A stretch of DNA of 63,880 nucleotides. Source: Euprymna scolopes (lineage: Eukaryota). The notes under the pieces are model-generated. The model had not been told where the DNA came from and ran no database searches. It saw only the letters and a list, made by a program, of their open reading frames with translations. Where the stretch lies: NCBI GenBank assembly GCA_053919585.1, contig CM132792.1. The stretch is one strand, 5' to 3'. Made by a program: the position numbers and the translations under genes. Numbering within the stretch: position 1 is the stretch's first letter; every line of letters begins with the position of its first letter. Positions 55,050-63,880 of the stretch are shown here, piece by piece.

Positions 55050-57830
55050 AATGTGTTTGCTGGTGAGCGTAAAGGGGTTAAAACTGGATGCGTCGGATGA
55101 GTCTAACATGGCAGTGTCGCACTCAATATGGACTTTATTTAGTCTACCTACACCATTTAAGTGAGACTATTCATATCTAGCTTAACACCTCTTATTCGAG
55201 GCAAAACTTTGAATGATCCAAAGTAGAGAAGGCTGAGAGGTCAACGGACCGCATCATTTCGGACAAAATCATGCGTTCATTTATCCAGGTCTCAAGGTAC
55301 ATGCACTAAGATCCTTTGTGGACGAGGAGACAGATTATATGACCGAAGTCTGGGTGTATTGGAAGGTGTGAACCTCGTTCTATGCAAGGTCATATTAATC
55401 TCATAAAAGAGTTCTGAGAATGAGTAATCTAAATCTGATTTAACAGCGGCCAAGTAAAATAATAGGTAGTGTTTCAGACAGAACGTGTGGTCCTTGAGAT
55501 GCACGCAACACGGTTTTAAGTTGCCTATGAAACCGCTCCATCATCTCATAGGAAGCTGGGTGATAACGGGTTAAGTTAATGTGTTGAATATCTAAAATTC
55601 TCGAAAAATAGAAGCTTTCAACAGCCAACCGCGATCAGTAGTTTATTCATTCAGGCACTCCAAAACAAGCAATCCAGGAAGTAACGAAATTATTTGCAAT
55701 AGTCTCCGCAGAAATATCGGTTATCGGTGTGGCTTCGGGCAACTGGCGAAACGGTCGACCCATGTTAATATGTAAGAATAACAAGAACTGAGAGGCCACA
55801 TTCTCAGGATAAATATATAAAATGTGGTAAACGGGCTAAAGGAAGAGGGAAACGTTTGAGGGGAGCTGGTGCGTGACAATGAATTGGAACGTTTACACTA
55901 AAGGCAAGCACGGGTTCAACCCGTTGTAGGTCGTCGCATTGAAGGCAAAAAAATAACGGACCTTGAGAAGTTTTACTGATGCTGCAAGTTAAGTAATGCC
56001 TGTAGTGGGTCAAATACCCTTATTGATATCGTTCATGTAACAGGGTTGTAGAAATCACAGTGATAGTGTTGCGGAATATTTTGCCCTCCGAATTAAGAAG
56101 TGGAAAAGAGCATTTGCTACAGGAAAATTCATCAGACGGTTAATCTAAATTTTCCAGGGCTGGCTGATCCTGTGCTACGTCTTTACAAAAGTTCTGAGGG
56201 AACCAACTAGTAGTCGGGGAAGTGCATCGGTTAGTATGTTTTCAGTTCAGGGAATATGTCAAATGCCATTGATAACATGAGATATATAGTCCGGATTTCG
56301 GAAAGTATAAGGTGAGACTTAGCAGATGAAGATGACAAAGCAAAAGTGAGTAGCTTGTGATTGGTAAAAATGACAAAATTCTGTCCTTCGAAAATGTCAA
56401 CCAGATAGGTATATTGCCAGTAGCTCTAGGTCGAATGTGCCGTTACGACGTTCAACTGGTTTGAGCTTGACAGAGAAGAATGCCACTGCTCGAATTACTT
56501 TGTTCACAGTGTGATGGAGAAGTTATCCAATAGCAGAATCGAAAGCATCTGCTATCTGATACAGAATGTGTCATGATACAATTAGAAGACAATTCCTTGT
56601 TTACTAACTTTTTCGCTCAATCATATTTGGACATCTACTTTCTTTTGTACTTTCAATAAGTCAAAGAAAGAAGTTTATGAGAAAATTTAGAAGATTTCGC
56701 AATGACAAGAAATTTACGGAACTGTCGTAAAGAGGTCGGAGGTGAAATTCGTAGAATCGCATAAACTTAAGTAGGAAGCGGCCGAATACCGTTAGACCCA
56801 ATCAAATGACCATACCATTCGATAGAATTCTTTCCAAATACGTATTTGCATTATTTGTGCGTACATTGTGTCAACTGAATCGTTCAAATGCCTGAATAAG
56901 GGGGTTTAAATAATCTTCCTCTCTGTATTTACCGAGAACCAATCATCGATTTAGACAAATAGAGAATCCAATCCTCGGACAACCTCGTCAATAAATCTTC
57001 GAAATGTACTGGTCGAATACTGAAAGCCAAGTAGCATATAAAGAAACTCGTAATTCCTAGAGTAAGTAGTAATTGCTGCCTAAGGGATATTCTCTGGATT
57101 CATATGTATTTGATGGTATACCTGAATGAGACCAATCTTACTAAATGTCGTACCGCCATGAAGATTAGCTGAAAAATCTTGGAGGTTTGCCAGTGAATGT
57201 CTGTGGGGGGAGTGACAGAGTTTAGTCGGTGATGGACTCCAACAGGGAGAAAATTTATTTCACCCTTTTTAAACTAAAAGACGAGGAGTTGCCCGCAGAA
57301 ATTTTTAGAGCGGAATATGTGGGCAAATTTAGCCTTAGAATTTTTGAGAGGATAAGTTGTCTCGAACAATAGAAAATAGGAGGTCCAGATGTGGTGATAG
57401 GATGATGTGGTGAACGGTCGAATGCACCAATTTAATCATACGAAACGCACGATTCACTTATTCTGGATAGAACGAATCGGTGGCCACTAGAGGCGGTTAA
57501 AATTCTGTCAGTGCATACGGTGTTATTTAAAGAATGTGTAAGAATACAGAAGGATGTTAAATTATCCACAAGTCTCCGCTTCCTAAACAGAAGAAGATCA
57601 AAATGGGGAGGAACGGAAAGAGAGGAAAAGGAAGAGACGTAAAATAGAAGAGGGTGAATAAAGAAAAGAAGAGAAAAGGCAAGGATGTAAGAAGAAAGAA
57701 TAGAGAGATTGAGGGGAAGGAAATAAAGGAGAAGGAATCGGGAAACGCCACAATTCATTTATTGGTGGTGGTTTCAAAACATTCCTTGTTAGTTGATACC
57801 CGTAAAATCTTTCCCGCCAACTACATTCAA
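55050..57830 (-). mobile_element. Gypsy (CsRn1-like) pol remnant
   Basis: RT TTFSKIGLIQVYHQIHMNPENIP..FRRFIDEVVRGLDSLFV*IDD, RNase H near 56250-56560, integrase YHPASYEMMERFHRQLKTVLR..LPIILLG. Confidence 0.85.
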
Positions 57831-58186
57831 TTATATCTACCATCATAGGCTTTCGTTTCTTCTTATCATTTATTTGTTTATTTGTTTATTTGTTAATTTA
57901 TTTATTTGCTATTTTAAGTCTGAAGAATTGTGTTATGATCATAATAGAAACCCTCAAAATGATTATGATTAGAAACACACCCTGTTTAGATATGATTATT
58001 TCATATCACCGCTATAATAATAATTAAGATAGAGAGTAATTTGCAAACATTAAATCGGGATAGTTATTATGTTTTTATGATAATCGAAGATAATGCTTCT
58101 TTTTATTGATAATTATATTGATTATTCATGTATAAATAGCTATAACTACATACCTGGAGGTACACACGTAAACACATATGTGCAAG

Positions 58187-58228
<42 letters not shown>

Positions 58229-58529
58229 TATATGCCATATCAATATTAAGAGTTAGTTCAATTTAATACATTTTGGAGTCTTTAAGTTTGTTATATAACG
58301 GTGCCTATTTTTCACTGTTTTAATTTATAATATACCTACCTGTTGTAATATGTTAAACATAATTAATGTTGGCTCTTTAGAATTTATGGTTAACTTGGCT
58401 TAATGTGGTAGAAAAAAACTCTTGATTTCCTCAAGAACAAGTGAAGCATGCATGGCCCCATGTGAAAGCACAGTTAACGAGGCATAAACACATGACTAAG
58501 TTCATCATTTGCCTTCCCTCCATACGCAT

Positions 58530-58586
<57 letters not shown>

Positions 58587-59329
58587 CTGTGACGTATGAC
58601 TTTGTTTAATGAATACTACCTTGTAGAAAGTGGCAGGATGAGTTATGTAGTTTCTCAAGGAACATTCCTACTTCATTTCTACAGCATCTTTAGCAATGTA
58701 CGTGTATGTGAACACGCTGTTATTTGGAGAAAGCTTTATAGTGACTACTGCATTCTCTATGGAAAAATACAGTTACACATTTATGTTTTTAGAAAACAGG
58801 ATTGCGTCCCTCTGGCCACAAAAAAAGTCTTATCTAATGGTTTATATTAAGATGCCTACACGCCCTACATTTGTAAAAAATAATAATTGTGAAATTGTTA
58901 ATTTTTAATCAAATCTATGTATATTCGCAGTAACAATAAAATGCATGGTTTACAAGAATACCATATTAGCTCGATATTATAAAAAGTTAGCATTGTGCAC
59001 AGGAAAAATATCAATGTGAGACGGTATTCTCACGTTTGCGGCACTTTTAACACTTAGCTTGGTGTTACGAAAAGCTTTTACCAACACAGTTGCTTTTCTT
59101 CACGGAACACTTAATTAGTGTTTTTTAAAAATATTTTCTCACTTATTTAATTGTTATATGTTGAACACCATTCCTAGGGAAATATGCAATTTTTTTCACA
59201 TGCCAATGCTTCTATTTTAATAGAAGGGCGACATGTATACACGGATATATTCTGCTATAGACCCGGACATGTGTTAGAATATTTTAGATTATAATGGTGT
59301 ATGATCCCGCATAGTCGGGGGATTCTATT

Positions 59330-61290
59330 TTTAAACAATGCTGATGGGAGCTGACGAATCGAATTAATTCCCGTTCTGCTACCAACCAATCAGAAACCAG
59401 AATTTCTCCATAAATATTAAACCTTTCTGTAGCAATTTCGCATATGCTTTTTCCGTCTCAACACCCGAAGACTCTTTTGCTCTGTGGATTCCAACTCGAG
59501 AACTGTCTACTGCAAACCAGTCACCCCTCAGGATTGTGTATAACAACGAACAATCGAAACCTGTTCTGAAACTAAACATGGCTTACATTTCTAATATGTG
59601 TTATTCCTTTTTCACCTCAGATATTGCTTATTTCTAATTCAAAAGAAGGAAGTAAAACTGTTGTGTAGCAGGGGGATCATAACGGGGACTCGGAACAGAT
59701 GACGATGATAATGAGGGAGCCGTGTATACAGACAGGGATATTTCTTGGTAACACATATAAATACGGCTGGGAGATATGATGCAAGTCCTTAACACAGAAA
59801 GAGGACTCGTAATCTTGGATGGGTTGGCAATGTTCGTTATAAGATGATGATAACACACATTTTGCATTTTTGTTGTAAAAATGAGATACGAGACAACAGT
59901 TACAAGCATAGTTGGCTTCTTTCTCTTTCAGTCGACCGATCGGTGATGTCAGGAATTCAAACTTTGATTTAAATGGTCTGTTTTCCTCCCTTCGGTTCTA
60001 AGTGGCTTTCCTGTACAACTAACTATCACCGTGTATGATCTGCTCTGAATATATGATCCTTATCCACTCTGTCAACTGACTCTAACTTCGAACCCTTCAG
60101 ATTCCTATATTCAGAAATCTCCTTTGTTTATGATGTTAGAAATGTCTTTTCCAACGTGACTATATCATGTGGATTTACAAATGATTTTTCCAAACACACT
60201 TTTGGAAAACAAAGACTCCTCAATTCTAATTGTTTAATATCTATTCTATTTCTTAGAAATATTATTTTTAATTTGCATTGCCAATTCTTTTAACTGACAT
60301 ATTTAATATCCAGATTTTCAAAAGAATGAATAATCGACATTTTTACCGACATAAACAATATATAACTTTTTCTATTAGAATTAACAATGGAATTAATTTC
60401 TAACATTCCATTATCTATTATCTTTAACACTTGCCAGCAGGGTTCGAGTCTAGCCTTATCCCAATATCATTTTCACTTATCTAGTACGCCTGCTATCTTA
60501 CATGTAAGAGAGCGTGCGACCGTGGAATTGTAGCAAGTAGTCACAGGGTATCTGTTTTAATTACATGCAATCCTTTGCAGGTATGTATCGTCAGGGAAGA
60601 AGAAAACGAAGAAGGGATTCCAAATCCGTGCAGTCAACGTGATGGTATCGTAAAATCCTTTCCAGCATCTAATGCCCTCAACAGTAAAGTGATACACTTT
60701 TCCCCTGATAGTAGCCCCCTACACCAAAGTGGCAATTTGCCTTGTTTGGGGTGAAAATGTAATAAAAAAAAATGTCGTGTAAACTGTATTCTGAAAGGGC
60801 GTTCTTGTAAATTGAAACCCCGATGGATCTTCCGGTTCACTTTAGTTGCGGATGGGCATTCTGAATCCTGAGGAGTTAAAGATTGTTCTTCTATCATAGT
60901 TTTCTTTCTTCTTTTCTTTTGATATTGTTTTTGTTACAACATCCTCGAGTTGTTTATTTTTTAAAGAAAACAAATCCCGGAATCAGTAATGAGAGAACTC
61001 AATTCCCTTTATTTTATGCCCTCATTTTCATGTTTTTGTTGAAATGTTATGCTTTCTACTAATCTCTCAAACAACTGATATTCTTGCCTGCACGACAGAT
61101 CTAACGAGAATAAATGTCTTGTAGCCTATACACGACTCAGTATCATACGATGATCTCCGCTCCCATAGGTGTGACATTTGATGAGATATAGGAGGTGACG
61201 AATTTTAGAAGGAATACTTCCCAGCCCTTGTCAAGCTGCAGCAGAGCGAAACTAACGAAACTAACACTAAGTCCGTGTGCGTGGACTGAA
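59330..61290 (-). mobile_element. Decayed I-group (Nimb/I-like) LINE 5' half: ORF1 and APE endonuclease
   Basis: 5' TCAGT start at 61289. ORF1-like TKVNR..PFRIQFT and a decayed zinc knuckle near 60500-60640. APE-like segments at 59400-59990 (FSFRTG..DCSL..DWFAVD). Confidence 0.45.
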
Positions 61291-61729
61291 GGTAATCCAA
61301 AACACTCGAAATATGTATTAATTACAGTCTTTGGATTTATAACATATCTATGCTTAGCAGAATTAATTTATTTTCTTAAAATAAGGCCCCTTTATCTAGG
61401 AAACAGGGATCGATTTCATACATATTTCATTGATAATTAACACTTAGCATTAATAATAAATGTAGATTTTATGGAAGTAAGTGTGTGTGGAAGTTTTCCA
61501 TACTGCGTATATAACCTAAAGGGGGGTTACTTGATTAAATAATGTAAAAACACCCCATTTAATTCTCTAACAATATATGACACACGTTTTTACGCTATGC
61601 TGGCAAATGTCTATATATGATTCTAAGAACCCGTTTTTACAAAATCTAATTGCTCAAACAGATTATTTTCCATCATAGAAAAATGCTTCGATTTGATATT
61701 ATCGAGCCGTTTGAGGTTGTTAAATATAT

Positions 61730-62530
61730 TTTATAGCAGCAGTGTCAATGTCATCCAACAAAAATACTAGTGTCATTGGCGAAGATAGAGACCTATTGAT
61801 GTTGTTAGATCATGCCTCAACCAGGAATGACAACAAGCTTTATTCCTAGTGAAAACAAGGAAGTCTTGCAACAGTATACGACATTACGGTTATGAAGCAG
61901 TTGCTTGTATATAATGTCTGCAGCAGACACCTGTTCCTGCATGCATTCACGGGATGCGATACCACTAACGCGGTTTTGCAATCGACAAAAAAAAATCCGC
62001 TCTATAGAAGATTTTGTAAGAGAGACTCTATCGTAAAGAGCTGTGCTAAAATACTTTCCACGCCTAAGAAAAACATAGGCGAGATTGGAGACACTGGTCA
62101 TAAAGCGGTAGTGGCGTTGTTTTGGGAGCAAACCTGGAGACAATCTGTCTGCAATTCGATATTCTAGTCTCCGCCACAAAGCTTCGTTTTACCTGTACAG
62201 TTGCCACCGACCTCCTCGTCAATGAAGTAGCATGCTTTTCGTAGTAACTTCCAAGTGGTGTATTCGATGAACAATTGTAAGGCCATGGATACTACTAAAT
62301 GAGGATGAACATCGCAGAACAACAGCCTTGTTCCAGTTATAATGAATGCTTCACCTGCGCCAGAAACCCTTCCGAAAATAATTCACTGAAACTGGCCCTG
62401 TTGTTGTAGTACACATTCATGAACTTGAAAAGGCCACAGACTTACCTGTTCATGGGTATGCGGACCATGTCAAGAAAAGCATTGTGAAAATATGAGCGAG
62501 GAAGCAGTGTTTGATAATGAAAATAGTTAC
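61730..62530 (+). mobile_element. AcademX-type DNA transposon C-terminal remnant (XPG-like nuclease plus Cys8 zinc finger)
   Basis: VIGEDRDLL, LFLHAFTGCDTT (H3TH-like), LPPTSSSMK*HAFR, *G* (WGW), PAPETLPKII and decayed Cys cluster ..CSWVCGPCQEKHCEN. Confidence 0.7.
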
Positions 62531-63880
62531 TATTGAACTAGGAGGCTAATTCAGTTAAGAGCTGCCCACATTAAAATAAAATTGATAAATAAATGTATAA
62601 AAGATGTTATATCAAAATATATATTATAAAAAGGCAAACGTTTCATGAGCAATATATGCAACTTTAAAATATGGAAATATTGGTCATTTTTAGTGCGATT
62701 GTTGTCATTTGTTTATGACACCATATTAAGGAGTTTTATAGGAATCAGATTTTGGTAAAGTTTTATTAAGTTGCTCCTAACATAAACTAATAAAATAATA
62801 GAACGCATTATTGGAATTTGTTCAGAAAACTTTTTATTCGTATTTTGTATTCGTATTTCGTATTAATATTTCCCCCATTCACTCTTCACCTCTTCATAAC
62901 GCACACTCTACTTTTAACAGAATCTGACTTGACCCTGTGTTGTCTACAAACCAATCAGATAACTTATGAATTATTCAATAAAAACTAACATCGGATCTGT
63001 TTAAATGATACTTTTTCTCATATTAAGAAGTTTGAATGTTCAGCTGTAAAGAGGAGCCGCTCCATTTTCCGTAAAAAAACTTCCAGAAACAGGCGTGCGA
63101 TTTATTTTTGCGACAATGTTGACATTACGTCACCATATTATNNNNNNNNNNNNNNNNNNNNNNNNNNNNNNNNNNNNNNNNNNNNNNNNNNNNNNNNNNN
63201 NNNNNNNNNNNNNNNNNNNNNNNNNNNNNNNNNNNNNNNNNNNNNNNNNNNNNNNNNNNNNNNNNNNNNNNNNNNNNNNNNNNNNNNNNNNNNNNNTATC
63301 TCCTATTTTTGTGTTCTACCCGAGTCGATCAGCGAGGATTGTGTTGTTATGGTTAGGCAGGAATTTATGATCTGAAAATTACATCTGTATGTTGCAGATA
63401 TTTATGGTATGAGGCTATCAAAAAAGAACTCCCTGCCCTTGATGTGCGTTGGAGCAGTGACGCGTCGTTGATCTGTTTCATACAGAAAATAATAAACCGG
63501 TTTACTTTCACCGGCGCATGCTTAATGTTTAAAAGCCGTGGCATTTGATGTCAGCACACTTGAGATTTCGGCTTGTCAACACCGATGTGAGTGGCAAGGC
63601 ACGCAACAAATGTTTACGACCGAAACATGAAAGGTGCTTTTACACATGTGTGTGTGTTTGTCTGTGCGTGTGCGCGCGCGTTCGTATGTCTGGCATAATG
63701 TTCTTTTATGGAATCGGAAAAAAAGTAGGCTGATTCCTTTGAAGTTTCCCATAAATTAACTTCATGTGTCTGACAACGTTATTATATAGGTTTGTATCGA
63801 ACTGCTTTCGATAAGTATTGAAAATACATAATCGAACATAATCCAACTAAAGAAGTACCCATTCTATTTTAAACGAAGTT

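Noticed and set aside
54000-57430. Direct repeats 54000-54150 and 57295-57430 as LTRs
   Set aside because: Both encode the region just upstream of the Gypsy RT, so they are paralogous pol fragments.
3560-58658. ORFs rich in YI, VC, HT, I or L runs
   Set aside because: Translations of (TA)n, (TG)n and (TAA)n microsatellites.
769-63370. ORFs in the track that run through N gaps (e.g. 769-1008, 10380-10686, 27354-27731, 33609-33876, 35926-36183, 49715-50137, 63095-63370)
   Set aside because: They stay open only because N runs contain no stop codons.

Overview
AT-rich eukaryotic draft-assembly DNA with eight N-gap regions and many (TA)n, (CA/TG)n and (TAA)n microsatellites. The repeat families resemble those of a cephalopod such as Octopus (inference). 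I recognise no intact host protein-coding gene. The window is mostly decayed transposons: several Penelope-like elements (PLEs; GIY-YIG and RT fragments), two Tc1 elements, two mariner-type remnants, four Ty3/Gypsy remnants (two Mag-like, two CsRn1-like), CR1/Jockey, RTE and I-group LINE remnants, non-autonomous Helitron/Helentron elements, a tRNA-derived SINE head and the 3' part of an AcademX (XPG-nuclease) transposon. The most notable signal is RNA-structural. At least seven minimal type-I hammerhead ribozyme motifs lie in PLE termini within the first 14.2 kb. Two of them, in an inverted repeat, have an unusually large 83-nt helix II, and a bulged hairpin is shared downstream of the ribozyme by different PLE families. 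A chain of plus-strand candidate exons (20.5-25.5 kb) may belong to a lncRNA or gene 5' end but is weakly supported. All family assignments come from manual motif recognition, not database searches.
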